Part shown: piece after piece, positions 12,306 through 25,920 of the stretch | How positions within the stretch are numbered: the stretch's first letter is position 1 | Layout of the letters: every line of letters starts with the position of its first letter | Assembly (NCBI GenBank): GCA_964016885.1 | Contig: OZ024744.1 | Location: 101,990,001-102,054,000, forward strand | Origin: Eledone cirrhosa | Taxonomy: Eukaryota | Direction of reading: 5' to 3' | Length of the DNA: 64,000 bases | Position numbers and translations under genes: made by a program | The notes under the pieces: generated by a model | Seen by the model: only the letters and a program-made list of their open reading frames with translations | Databases searched by the model: none | Told to the model about the DNA's origin: nothing

Positions 12306-12606
12306 GGCGTTGGAATGGCAGTATCAGTAGAGAGTTGAACACCATGCTTTACAGCATAGAGTTACGTCCCTTTACAGTCTGAGTTCAAATCCTGCTGAAG
12401 TTAATTTTGCCTTTCATCCTTACGGGGTTGATAAATAAAGCACCAGTAATGCACTGGGATAATTGCTGGCCTTGTGCCAAAACTAGAAACAATTATTATC
12501 CCGCCGAGGTTGACTTTGCCTTTCATCCTTACGGGGGTCGATAAAATAAAGTACCAGTAATGCACTGGGTAATTGCTGGCCTTGTGCCTAAAGTAGAAAC
12601 AATTAT
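12306..12606 (+). mobile_element. SINE family A, full copy plus tandem 3' fragment
   Basis: tRNA-like head, B box, Meta-domain-like middle, (ATT) tail. Confidence 0.85.
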
Positions 12607-12868
12607 ATATATATATACAGAGAGAGAGAGAGAGGGAGAGAGAGAGAAAGTTTTCTCAAGTGAGGGTGGCCGACCAGGGTAGAAGCTGCTAAATATTTGG
12701 TTGCCCTCATGTCTCTGATTTTCAGCCCCATGGATTTTGTCTATTATATTCCTTTGTTATATTTCCGGATTCATACTGAACCCGGTCGTTGAAATGATCA
12801 AAGTTTAATAAACCTTTTAAGGAATTATACCAGTCCAGTCTCCTGTTATTTTATAATATATATATATA

Positions 12869-13208
12869 TCATCATCATCATCATCATTTTACGTCCACTT
12901 TTCCCTGCTTGCAAGGGTGGGACGGGAACTGATTCTGGCTTGATTTCTACAGCTGGATACCCTTCCTAACACCAACCTCATTTACAGTGAGTGCTGGGTG
13001 CTTTTTTGCCGTGACACCTCCACGACCACTTTGCAGTGGAATGATAGGGACCCCAGTCCTATCATCTCATTTCTACAGCTGAGTAAACTGGAGCAATGTG
13101 AAATAAAGTGTCTTGCTCAGGGAAACAACACATCACCCGGTCTGAGAATTGAACTCACAACCTTTCGATTGTAAGGCCAATGCTCCAACCACTAAGCCAT
13201 GTGCCTCC
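12869..13208 (-). mobile_element. SINE family B (tRNA head, CORE-like middle, RTE-derived tail)
   Basis: Reverse complement of 13815-14164. Confidence 0.88.
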
Positions 13209-13443
13209 ATATATATATATATAAATTTTAGTACAGCATTGACGAAGCTTTAGAATACGGCCAAGCTAGCATATATGCATAATCGGTCTGTAGCTTGAAC
13301 ACTCAGGGGAGGAAAGACCCCAGAGTAATAACATTACGTTCAGACAGCTTAGCAAATCAGATATAGCGGTCGGCAGTCCAGCCGCATCACTAGAGCAACG
13401 AAAATATAGGACCCAGGAAAAGATTTTATATATATATATATAT

Positions 13444-13512
13444 ATAAGATCAAAAGATGGTTAAAAGAGTTACAAGTATTTTATTATGCGCATTTCAAAA
13501 ACAAATATCATC
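13444..13512 (-). mobile_element. 3' fragment of the 27.9/53.6-kb hammerhead family
   Basis: aagatcaaaagatggttaaaagag...tatgcgcatttcaaaaacaaatatcatc abutting (TA)n. Confidence 0.75.
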
Positions 13513-13814
13513 ATGTAAAATACAGATTTATTTGATTACGTTAAGAAAATTAAGTAAATAAAAATATGTGGAAGAATGGACTTAAAACAGTGATGATGGT
13601 GATGATGATGATGATATATATAATATCCTACCTTCCTTAGGCCTTCAACTCTTGCCAAAGTCAACTAGTGTTGTTTATGTTTATGAGCATTTTAAATCTT
13701 GTGGTGGCCTTCCATCTCCAAGAAAGTATGTCAGAATGAAGAAGAATCGGCCCATGTGCTTAACTTGACAGGTTATTTTATTTATTGATCCATAAAGGAT
13801 ATGTATATAGATAT

Positions 13815-14164
13815 GGAGGCACATGGCTTAGTGGTTAGAGCATTGGCCTTGCAATCAAAAGGTTGTGAGTTCAATTCTCAGACCGGGTGATGTGTTGTTT
13901 CCTTGAGCAAGACACTTTATTTCATATTGCTCCAGTTTACTCAGCTGTAGAAATGAGATGATAGGGATTGGGGTCCATATCATTCCACTGCAAAGTGGTC
14001 GTGGAGGTGCCACGGCAAAAAAGCACCCGGCACTCACTGTAAATGAGGTTGGTGTTAGGAAGGGCATCCAGCTGTAGAAATCAAGCCAGAATCAGTTCCC
14101 GTCCCACCCTTGCAAGCAGGGAAAAAGTGGACGTAAAATGAAATGATGATGATGATGATGATGA
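13815..14164 (+). mobile_element. SINE family B
   Basis: A box tggcttagtgg, B box gagttcaattc, ccttgagcaagacacttta, RTE 3' UTR segment, (GAT)n tail. Confidence 0.9.
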
Positions 14165-14443
14165 TATATGTTTCTCTTTCTCTTAATTCTGAGTACATTT
14201 TTTACCGGCCCTCTGAGTATGGAAAGATTTGCTTGAGCATATCTGGTCTCAGTAGCCACAGTCACAGCCATATTGACATCAAGTGGGCAGCTGATCTCTA
14301 CAACTGAGCACGTTGTCAGTGTGTGGTCCTAAACAACAATATCAGGCCAGTTGCGCTTTAATTTGAAGGCAGTTTTTATTTCAAGGTTCCATATGTATGC
14401 ATGTATGTATGTATATATGTATGTATTTATGTATGTATGTATG

Positions 14444-14907
14444 GGCGGAAGAACTCATAAGAGTCAACGGCCATCCAAAAGTGTGTAAATATGTATATAC
14501 ACATGTACATATGTATGTATATGTGTATATACATGGGTGCATGTGTGTGTATATGCACAGGGACATAGAAATAGTCGAGCTGGACATCCGATCACGTGGT
14601 TAAACCACTGCGAGTGAAGAACCCCTAGCCCTTGTCAGGGTATTCTTCTAGGAGAAGGCAACTCAGGAAACTGGGATAACTCCGATATAAAACCTGCAGC
14701 TCAGTAGTTACCGATGATGTTGATCTGTTCTTCTTTTCGGATTATAGCTACTGTCGCTCAGAGAGTGGGATTGGCTCAGTGCACAGTCTTTCCTCACTTT
14801 AAAAAATATCTTCACGCACAGGCATTGCACGATAGAATTAATTAATTATTATTAATAATGGTATATCGTGCAATGGCCATACTCAATAACAAGGGGGCAG
14901 CCATCAT
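14444..14907 (+). mobile_element. Non-autonomous element family D, sister of family C
   Basis: Shares blocks with 15094-15698 (taagagtcaa.ggccatccaaaa, ttctaggagaag, gagagtggga, gcagcca.catg); copy at 42332-42720 (-). Confidence 0.7.
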
Positions 14908-15093
14908 GTATGTATGTATGTATGTTTGTATGTTTTCTCTTTCTCTTAATTTCGAGTATATTTTTTTGACCGGCCACCTTCCTGGTGGCAAGGTTGTATG
15001 TATGTATATATGTATGTATGTTTGTATGTATGTATGTATGTATGTATGTTTGTATGTTTGTATGTATGTATGTATGTTTGTATGTATGTATGT

Positions 15094-15698
15094 CAGGTCA
15101 CCAGTTGGTGCTACTGGTAACATGTATCCCAGTACAACCTGTCCCATGGTCGGGTCGTTGGCGACTAAACTGGCAACCCCACCAAGGTTTCTTGGTGAGG
15201 AGGGTGACTTTGGACATCCTGCAGGACTAAAAACAAAACCTGTCAAAGGGCAAAGGAGCTCTTAAGAGTCAATGGCCATCCAAAATCACCGGGAGAGATG
15301 ACCCCTTAGCCTTTGTCAAGGCAGAATTCTAGGAGAAGTAAAACTCTGATATAACACCTGCAACCCTGATGGTATCCAATGATGTTGAAGTGTTCTTCTT
15401 TTTGGTAAATATCATCTTGGTTAAGAGAGTGGGACTGGCTTTGTGCAGTGCCTTTGCTCACTATAAAAGCTTCACGGCACAGGCATTGCTTTATATCTGG
15501 AGATCTCTCTGCACTTGTCGTCACATGGTACCATGGGCCCAGCACTGTGTCAGTAATTGTCACAAGTGTAGTATTTGTACCAGAGTTTTCAAGTCGTTGG
15601 CTGGACTAAAAAGTCACACTCGTTCAGTGCATCGGTAGGGGTTCTCCTACATGGATATAAAGTTGTGGCCGTACTCGAAAACGAGTTGGCAGCCACCA
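15094..15698 (+). mobile_element. Non-autonomous RTE-derived element family C
   Basis: Ends with CHKCSICTRVFKSLAGLKSHTRSVH-coding segment, short 3' UTR and (TATG)n. Confidence 0.8.
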
Positions 15699-15780
15699 TG
15701 TATGTATGTATGAATGTATGTTTGTATGTTTGTATGTATGTATGTATGTATGTATGTATATATGTATGTATGTATGTATG

Positions 15781-15814
<34 letters not shown>

Positions 15815-16375
15815 TGTATGTATGTATGTATGTTTGTATGTTTGTATGTATGTATGTATGTATGTATGTATATATGTAGAATGTATGTATGTATGTATGT
15901 ATGTATGTATGTATGTATGTATGTATGTATGTTTGTATGTATGTATGTATGTATGTATGTGAGTATGTATATATGTATGTGTCTCCATTGAATGCATGTA
16001 TGTATGTATGTATGTATGTATGTATGTATGTGTGTATGTATGTATGTATGTGTGTATGTATGTATGTATGTATGTAGTATGTATGTATGTATGTATGTAT
16101 GTATGTATGTATGTATGTAGTATGTATGTATGTATGTATGTATGTATGTATGTTTGTATGTATGTATGTATGTATGTATGTGAGTATGTATATATGTATG
16201 TGTCTCCATTGAATGCATGTATGTATGTATGTATGTATGTATGTATGTATGTGTGTATGTATGTATGTATGTATGTAGTATGTATGTATGTATGTATGTA
16301 TGTATGTATGTATGTATGTAGTATGTATGTATGTATGTATGTATGTATGTATGTATATATGTAGTATGTATGAAT
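15699..16375. repeat. (TATG)n array with ~222-bp internal duplication
   Basis: gtctccattgaatgcatg landmark at ~15981 and ~16202. Confidence 0.9.
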
Positions 16376-16795
16376 GTCTCCATTGGTGTCTCCATTGAAT
16401 TGGTGTGTCTTGGGGTGTGGAAAGATTTGCTTGAGCAGGTCTGGTCTTGGGGGCCACAGTCGCAGCCGTGTTTGAAGAGAACCAGTGAACTATGATCTCC
16501 ATGGTAGTGTGAAGGTTTCCAGGTAACCTGATGCAGGACCTTAGGTCAGAGAGATCCATAGTTGTTGTCAATGTGTGAGGGAGTGCAAGTCTCTGGCGGG
16601 CTTGAGAAGCTATGTCCGAGCGTCAAACATCTGAATCTGGCAAGTGATTGCAATACTCTTAGTGTGAGTTTGTATGTATGTATGTGTGTATGTATGTATG
16701 TATGTGTGTATGTATGTATGTATGTGTGTATGTATGTATGTATGTATGTATGTATGTATGTATGTATGTATGTATGTATGTATGTATGTATGTAT

Positions 16796-17831
16796 GTTCT
16801 TTTGGTTTTATAATTTCACAAATTTTTTCCCAACAGAAAGAGTCGGTTTCTAACATAGACACAAGACTCTCTCATTGGAATTTACACAACATCAACTAGG
16901 TAGATATGTATGTCTGCATGCATGTGTAGATATGGATGTTATTGTATGTGTGGATGTGTATGTTTTGAGTTGTATGTGTGCATGTGTATATGCTTTGCAT
17001 CTGTACATGTGTATATGCAGTTATTAGATGCAAAATTTTTGGAATGTTTTACATATTTTTACTGTTCCATTAATGGATTGTGTATGTATGTATGTATTTA
17101 TGTATTTATGTATGTATGTTCTTCTGGTTTTATAATTTCACAAAGTTTTCCCAATAGAGAGGGAGTCGGTTTCTAACATAGACACAAGACTCTCTCATTG
17201 GAATTTACACAACATCAACTAGGTAGATATGTATGTATGCATGTGTAGATATGGATGTTATTGTATGTGTGGATGTGGATGTTTTGAGTTGTATGTGGGC
17301 ATGTGTATATGCTTTGTATCTGTACATGTGTATATGCAGTTATTAGATGCAAAATCTTTGGAATGTTTTACATATTTTTTACTGTTCCATTAATGGATTG
17401 TACTTGTAGTTTCCTAACTAGTTGTGTTCTTTCTGTTCCTGTGAAGCCCTGCTTCTCAAGATTTGTATTGAGGCAGTTACTAACATACCCCAGTGCCCCA
17501 ATAATCACAGGCATAAATCTGAGTAGTTATGTATGTATGTATGTATGTATGTATGTATGTATGTATGTATGTGTGTGTAGTATGTATGTATGTATGTTCT
17601 TCTGGTTTTATAATTTCACAAAGTTTTCCCAATAGAGAGAGGGAGTCGGTTTCTAACATAGACACAAGACTCTCTCATTGGAATTTACACAACATCAACT
17701 AGGTAGATATGTATGTATGCATGCATGTGTAGATATGGATGTTATTGTATGTGTGGATGTGGATGTTTTGAGTTGTATGTGGGCATGTATATATGCTTTT
17801 TATCTGTACATGTGTATATGCAGTTATTAGA
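16796..17831 (-). mobile_element. Three 3' ends of an R4/Dong-like LINE in (TATG)n
   Basis: Copies ~16796-17080, 17119-17525, 17597-17831; the longest reads FMPVIIGALGYV..LQVQSINGTVK on the minus strand. Confidence 0.65.
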
Positions 17832-18224
17832 TATTTGTATGTATGTATGTATGTAACTATGTATAAATATATGTATGTGAGGATGTATAAATGTATGTAT
17901 ATATGTATGTGTGTAGGTATATATATATATATGTATGCATGTATGTATAAATATATGTATGTGTATGAGTATGTATAAATGTATGGATGTATGGATGGAT
18001 ATGTATATATATATATATATAATATGTATTTATGTGTGTATAAATGTATGTATGATGATATAATATGTATTTATTTGTGTATATATGTATGTATGATGAT
18101 ATAATATGTATTTATGTGTGTATATATGTATGTATGATGATATAATATGTATGTATTTATAATGAAAAAAACAATGTTATCTCTGATCGAGACGAAGCGT
18201 AGGTGTGTATGTATATATGTATAT

Positions 18225-18422
18225 ATAATTGGTTCTACTTTTGGCACAAGGCCAGAAATTATCCCAGTACATTACTGGTACCTTATTATTTTATCGACTC
18301 TGTAAAGATGAAAACAAAGTTAACCTTGGCGAGATTTGAAATCAGATCGTAAAGGGACATAACTCTATGCTGCAAAGCATAACATCCGACTCTCTACTGA
18401 TACTGCCAATCCACTGCCCTAT
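18225..18422 (-). mobile_element. SINE family A
   Basis: Reverse-complement match to family A. Confidence 0.8.
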
Positions 18423-18583
18423 GTATATATAATATCTATATATATCTTCTTGTATGTATATATGTATGTATATATGTATTTATGTGTGTGTGTATCTATG
18501 TGTATGTGTGTGCATGTTTGCATTTATGTATGTATTTAAGGTATGTGTGTATGTGTGTGCATGTATGTATGCATGTATGCACG

Positions 18584-18636
<53 letters not shown>

Positions 18637-18644
18637 GTGTATGT

Positions 18645-20588
18645 ATCATCATCATCATCATCGTTTAATGTCCATTTTCCATGCTAGCATGGGTTAGATG
18701 GAATTGTCCCATTAGAGGCAAGTCGGGTCAGGTGATTGTTTCTTGCTCATACAGAACTGTTTCTAGCTTGGTTTCTATGGCTGGATGCTCTTCCTAACGT
18801 CAACCACATTTACAGTGTGTACTGGGTGCTTCTTGTCGTGACACCTAGACAACCACTTTACAGTGTTGACTGGCTGCTTCTTGTCGTGACACCTAGACAA
18901 CCACTTTACAGTGTTGACTGGCTGCTTCTTGTCGTGACACCTAGACAACCACTTTACAGTGTTGACTGGCTGCTTCTTGTCGTGACACCTAGACAACCAC
19001 TTTACAGTGTGGACTGGCTGCTTCTTGTCGTGACACCTAGACAACCACTTTACAGTATTGACTGGGTGCTTCTTGTGACACCTGGACAACCACATTTACA
19101 GTGTGTACTGGGTGCTTCTTGTCGTGACACCTAGACAACCACTTTACAGTGTGTACTGGCTGCTTCTTGTCCTGACACCTAGACAACCACATTTCCAGTG
19201 TGTACTGGGTGCTTCTTGTCGTGACACCTAGACAACCACTTTACAGTGTGTACTGGCTGCTTCTTGTCGTGACACCTAGACAACCAGTTTACAGTGTTGA
19301 CTGGGTGCTTCTTGTCGTCACACCTACATGACCACTTTACAGTGTGTACTGGGTGCTTCTTGTCGTGACACCTAGACAACCACTTTACAGTGTGGACTGG
19401 GTGCTTCTTGTTGTGACACCTAGACAACCACTTTACAGTGTGGACTGGGTGCTTCTTGTCGTGACACCTAGACAACCATTTTACGGTGTGGACTGGGTGC
19501 TTCTTGTCGTGACACCAAGACAACCACTTTACAGTGTGGACTGGGTGCTTCTTGTCGTGACACCTAGACAACCACTTTACAGTGTGGACTGGGTGCTTCT
19601 TGTTGTGACACCTAGACAACCACTTTAGAGTGTTGACTGGGTGCTTCTTGTCGTGACACCTACATGACCACTTTACAGTGTGGACTGGCTGCTTCTTGTT
19701 GTGACACCTAGACAACCACTTTACAGTGTGGACTGGGTGCTTCTTGTCGTGAAACCTAGACAACAACATTTACAGTGTGGATTGGGTGCTTCTTGTCGTG
19801 ACACCAAGACAACCATTTTACGGTGTGGACTGGGTGCTTCTTGTCGTGACACCAAGACAACCACATTTACAGTGTGGACTGGGTGCTTCTTGTCATGACA
19901 CCTAGACAACCACTTTATGGTGTGAACTAGGTGTTTCTTGTCGTGACACCTAGACAACCACTTTACAGTGTTGACTGGGTGCTTTTTATCGTGACATCTA
20001 CATGACCACTTTACAGTGTGTATTTGGTGCTTTTTGTCATGTCACCTGCACAACCACTTTACAGTGTGGACTGGGGACAGGGGCAGTGGTTTAATGACAT
20101 AGGAGAAGGGTGGTGTGATTATATGTGCATGGGGTGTTAGGGCATGGGAGGTGTGTGGAAAGGGTGAAGGAGGATAGTGTTTAATAGGTGCATTCTAGAT
20201 GTATGCTTCTGTCCGTGTGTATTGGAAGGCGGGTCTTCTGTATTACTGTGTAACGCCAAAGATCTCAATCCTGTGTCATTGTCTTTGAGCAATGTAATTG
20301 TGCAAAGTCAGCTTTTATCCCCTCACACCAAGTCTTCCTGGGTCTTCCTACTCTATAGCTTCCATCAACTTTGATTGCTCTATACCTTTTTATACAGCTG
20401 TCATCCTTCATATGCATCACATGACCATACCAATGTAATCTTCTCTCTAGTATCTGATCCCTTTTATGCTCAATTTCTCTCTCAGTTCATTTACGTTTTG
20501 CTGTTCATGTATATTACTATTACACATCCATTGGAGCATGGAAGCTTCATTTCTTTCCAATCTTCCCAAATCCTCTGCACACAACATT
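18645..20588 (-). mobile_element. RTE 3' fragment with expanded 3' UTR minisatellite
   Basis: (ATC)n tail at 18645, RTE terminal motif, degenerate ORF end at ~20230-20588. Confidence 0.8.
18805..20075. repeat. 48-bp minisatellite, ~26 units
   Basis: gtgacacctagacaaccactttacagtgtggactgggtgcttcttgtc; 16-aa periodicity in overlapping ORFs. Confidence 0.95.
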
Positions 20589-20589
20589 A

Positions 20590-21024
20590 AAGACCCGCCT
20601 TCCCTACGTACAAAGTTAACCTACAGTCAATAGGCACCTCCTAACCAATATATACCCCAACCCGCTACCCCCTACTCCAACCTCCCACTCCCACCAATAC
20701 CACCCTTTCTCTGTAAAGTTATGTTAGTACCACAGGACATCCAGTGCACACTGTAAAGTGGTTGTGTAGATGTCACAACAAAAAAACACCCAGTCCACGC
20801 TGTAAAGTGGTCGTGTAGAAAACACGGTAAAAAGGCTCCCAGTCCACACTGTAAATGTGGATGGTGTTAGGAAGGGCATCCAGCTGTAGAAAACCTGCCA
20901 GATACAGTCCTATACGAGGGAGACACAGTCACCCTATAAATCTTGCCTGAAGTGGGACAATTCCCGTCTAACCCAAGCTAGTGTGGAAGATAGATGTTAA
21001 ACGATGATGATAATGATGATGATG
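20590..21024 (+). mobile_element. RTE 3' UTR fragment
   Basis: Matches 8510-8913. Confidence 0.85.
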
Positions 21025-21307
21025 AGATATATATATATATATGTGTGTGTACTTGTACGTGTGTGTGCTTGTACGTGTGTGTGTATTTGAAAGACATCAG
21101 AAGGCTGAACTTGAAATATTCTTTTAATCTTGCAAATCACAATACATATTTCTATGGCTTGGTTACTTACATTGGGATTATTGCTCTTGATTGGCCTTGA
21201 GCTGTTGATATTTTTCGAAGCTCTTTATAATCTTTATATTTTTTCTTAATTTACAATTACATTGCTCACAAACAATGACACAGGATTGAGATCTTTGACC
21301 TTATTTA

Positions 21308-21782
21308 GTAATACAGAAGACCTGCCTTCCCATGTGCAACGACTGAAACATACATCTACTACGCATCTCTTAACTACTATACCTCACTTTCCATACACAC
21401 ACCCAATTCTGTTCACACCACCTTTACACTGTAAAGTTGTCATGTTGGTATCAACACAAATAGCACCCAGCCCACACTGTGATGTGGTCATGTAGGTGAC
21501 ACAACAAAAAGCACCCAGTTCACACTGTAAAGTGGCCGTGTAGGTATCAACGAAAAGCACCCAGCTCGCTTTGTAAAGTGGTTGTGTAGGTGTCACAATG
21601 AAAAGCACCCAGCCCGCACTGTAAATGTGGTTGGTGTTAGGAAGGGCATCCAGCTCTAGAAACCAAGCCAGAAATAATTCTGTATGGGCAAGATATGGTC
21701 ACCTGACTTGACATGCCTCAAACAGGAAAACCTGTGTAATCCATGCTAGCATGGAAAATGGACGTTAAACGATGATGATGAT
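21308..21782 (+). mobile_element. RTE 3' UTR fragment
   Basis: 48-bp subrepeats, terminal motif, GAT tail. Confidence 0.85.
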
Positions 21783-22479
21783 TAATTTTTCTTAGTTCAT
21801 TTACTATGGCATTTGCTCTTGCTTTTTTGTGGTCTTTCATTCTTTTGTAGTGCCTATCTCCTTTGTGTTTTCCACCATTGCACTGCAGTGGTTTTTGGCC
21901 TGAGTCTGTTGATACACAATGTTTGGTACCTTTGGCCCGTCCAGGTGGCGGGTTGTTGGTTCTGATTGGTGGCATGGCATTGTTTGGCGGAAGCAAAGTT
22001 TCTGTCACCACGAGGCGGACCCCACCCACCTTAGTCAAGCCTACCAATCAACAATGCTTGACATTGCTGAGTGTGTGCCATTTGGAGGTGGTCTGCCACA
22101 ACCATAACACCAAATTGGCAAGCTGTGTCCGAATCATGTCTATTCTCTGTTTGTGTTTGCCATAATCTTGTTATTGATTACCTAATCTTTTCAGCCCACA
22201 CCTGATGATATCACCAAAGTCTTATGTCATGATCTGATGATGTAACTAGGCCATAGAAATACGTATTGTGACTTTTGCAACATTAAAAGAATATTTCAAG
22301 TCTAGCCTTCCTTTTGTTGTCTTTCAAATAAATATTTAACTCTGTTCTTGCACCCACCTCAAAATACCACATCTACGATGGATGATTGGCATAACATCAA
22401 GTGCTTTAACTTGTTGCATCAGGGTTTGCTAACCAGAATGACCAGATCTACCCATTGGTAAACCATACAAGATAAATGG

Positions 22480-23015
22480 TATGCTCAAAGTTGATGGAAG
22501 ACCTAGGAAGACTCGGGATGAGGTGATAAAAGCTGAGCTTCAACAATTGCACCTCTCAAAAGCGGTAAACTCTGACGCTATGCAGTAATACAGAAGACCC
22601 ATCTTTCCATAGACAGGGGCTGAGGCATACATCTAGTATGCACGACCTTCCATTCCATCACCCTTCCCAGATACCTCCCACATTGTAACACTCCACCCAT
22701 GTCCTAAAACCCCACCCTCTGCGATTTACCTCCCCAGTACCCATGCACTTTTCCAACCCAAGTCCCCAATCCACACTATAAAGTGGTCATCTTTGTGCCA
22801 TGACAATGAGCGCTCAGTCCACACTGTAAAGTGAGCGTTGTAGGTGTCACGACAAAAGGCATACAGTACACACTGTAAATGTGGTTGGCGTTAGGAAGAA
22901 CACCCAGCAGTAGAAACGAAGCTAGAAACAGTTCTAGATCAACCAACCTGGCTTGTTTCGCAACAGGACAGTTCATCTAACCCATGCTAGCGTAGAAATA
23001 AACAATGATGATGAT
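22480..23015 (+). mobile_element. RTE 3' fragment
   Basis: GRPRKT-like ORF end, 3' UTR and GAT tail. Confidence 0.8.
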
Positions 23016-23034
23016 AATACACACACACACACAC

Positions 23035-23239
23035 ATGGACTTGTTATTTTTATCTAAAGACATGTTCTCCAATTCCATCCCGCCCGGCCCCTCAATCTAT
23101 TTTATTTCTCATTCTTTCTTCTGATGAAGTACTAGCGTCCGAAACGTTAAGATGCTCTTCCTGCTATATCAAGCGTTAACCTAATATATCCCTTCCATAT
23201 ACTGTACCGATTGTGTTGTTATTTCTGTTTACCTTTTAC

Positions 23240-23240
<1 letters not shown>
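23035..23240 (+). mobile_element. Penelope-like 3' terminal repeat with minimal hammerhead at 23117-23152
   Basis: Close match to 11950-12160. Confidence 0.8.
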
Positions 23241-23767
<527 letters not shown>

Positions 23768-24974
23768 AGTCAGTGTGTATGGCGAAAGGTAACGACGGAG
23801 GCCGAACAACGTTGTAGCGCATTCCGGGAACTTGACAACACAATAGCGTGTTATGGTTGTAAAGAATCGTTTAGGCGAGGATTAGCACAAAGCTCCTATC
23901 ATGGGTTCGTAAAGTTTCATTTTTTTTTTTTGCACCTTTAAAAAGCTTTTAGCTATTCAAGTATTTTACACACAGATCGTAAAACTCATCATATCTTTTC
24001 CACTGTTTTTTCTTTCAGTATATATAATCTTCATAACACAGATTCAACATCGATTTAAACGATGTAGATCGTGGAAACAGATAGGTTTTATGTACACAAT
24101 AAAATGATTTCAAAGCATTTTTACACCTGACGAAGGATATATGGATGTATGTCTGTTATAATTAATCTCTGTGTGTCTATTTGACTCACAATTTTTATGA
24201 TGATCTAGTATTTCTTCATTCATCGTATATAATTGTTGTATTTATCGATCTGTGACATTTCTCCTACTTTCATTATACATCAGCTTAAAGGCAACGGAAA
24301 TCCGTTCCTCTTCTACAATTCCTTACACCAAATAATACTTTATTACAACAGTAATTCTGCATTAATAAAATCTAAATATCGAGACAAAAATGAACATTTT
24401 TCTCTATATTGCAGTTTAAAATCGTTATATATATACAATCGTTATATATATATATATACAATCGTTATATATATACAAATCGGAGTCCAAAAGAGTTCTT
24501 TTTTGTGCACCGATATTTTGATTGTATATATAGATATATAGATATATATATATATCGAATAGTTTAGTTATAAGGGAAATAGCCGAGCCTCCAAAACTGA
24601 TGGCGGGATGGAGACACCCTTACATCGAAGATTCTTGCAACACATTAGGCTCTGCTAAAGGTACGAATCGAGTTTTCGATGTTAGAACAACATCGGTGTC
24701 TCATATGGGCTTCTATAGATTCTGGTTATCTAATTATATACACAAACCTTTGGTCAACCTGAACCTATGTTGCCCAACGTACCATATAGTGGTATCTGAC
24801 TGAGAACCATATAGATGTGATAACCTGTCAGTTATTTTTCTTTATCCTCTCCCCTACCAGAAACAATGATTTGGAAATGTTCGTTCACCTAAGATAGATA
24901 AAATGTTGCCACAACTTATGTGGCGGTAACGACTAGGGTACTTTGAAAATAAATAGCACCCCGAGAAGGCATAA

Positions 24975-25115
24975 ATATTGGTTTTTAATTTACACACAAG
25001 GTCAGCATTTTTGGAGAAGAGAGGGAAGTCGATTAAATCTACCGGCTGGTATTTTATTTTATTGACCACGGAAAGATGAAGACAAAGTTGGCTTCGACGA
25101 GGATTTTAACTCATA
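24975..25115 (-). mobile_element. Diverged SINE family A
   Basis: tattttatttattgacc..gaaagatgaagacaaagttg. Confidence 0.6.
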
Positions 25116-25920
25116 AGATAACAACCAGAAATGGTAAATCTGCTCTCCGTCAATAACCAAACTTGTTCGGCTGTTATTTTATTTTATTTTTTTTTTCATT
25201 TTGGATAGTTTGTAGATTAAGAGAAAGGAGGAAATAAAGGAATTTATATGAAATAAACTATAAACACAATTTCGCAGTTAGAATCTAATCATTATTGGAT
25301 ATTGTGGTGATCATTATAGGTTGTGTGGAGTTGGCTGAAGGATTTGGATCGGAAACAGTTTGTAAATTGTAAAAATGAGCCCAGGTGCGAAATTTGTGAG
25401 TTTGGATAACTTCCTATATCGTGGGAATGAGAGAGAAATTTGATATTTCACAGGAAACATAAGTGTAAAAGTTGTCAGAACGGATTTTTAAATTTTTTTA
25501 TTTTACTGTTAGTGAAATGGCCATTAAGTGAAGGGAGATCACTGTTGAAAGTATGGAAGAAATACTGTCAGAGAAGATCAACAACTGTTGAATGTTAGTT
25601 TTTCTTATACAATATAAATCTCATTTTTTTTTTTTTTTTTGAAAACGTGAGTTCATTTCATTAATCTGTATTTATTATTTATTTATGCCCTTCTTTATGA
25701 TAATGAAAATAAAAATGATATTAAAAATTCTCAACATTTCCAGCTTTGAAATACAACAGAGAGCTACCAGAAATCATCTCATCTTGCTTAATGCCATATC
25801 TCAGTCAAGTTTAAAAAATCTATCTTCTACAACATTTACCTAAGATACATCTTCATTGCTTTGTCTTTTAAAGCTCGTTTCACATTAGTTTTTTTTGTTT
25901 TAATCTTATTTTATATCTAC

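Noticed and set aside
13237-13272. Degenerate hammerhead (ttgacgaagc..ggccaagctagca)
   Set aside because: Several core mismatches and no convincing stem I
13815-13890. tRNA gene
   Set aside because: tRNA-like A/B boxes are SINE heads continuing into SINE bodies
15555-15638. Host C2H2 zinc-finger exon
   Set aside because: Part of a dispersed repeat present three times with a microsatellite tail
18805-20075. CRISPR-like regular array
   Set aside because: No unique spacers; the unit derives from the RTE 3' UTR; eukaryotic context
24127-24155. CTGACGA followed by a stem
   Set aside because: No GAAA or stem III follows; at most half a motif
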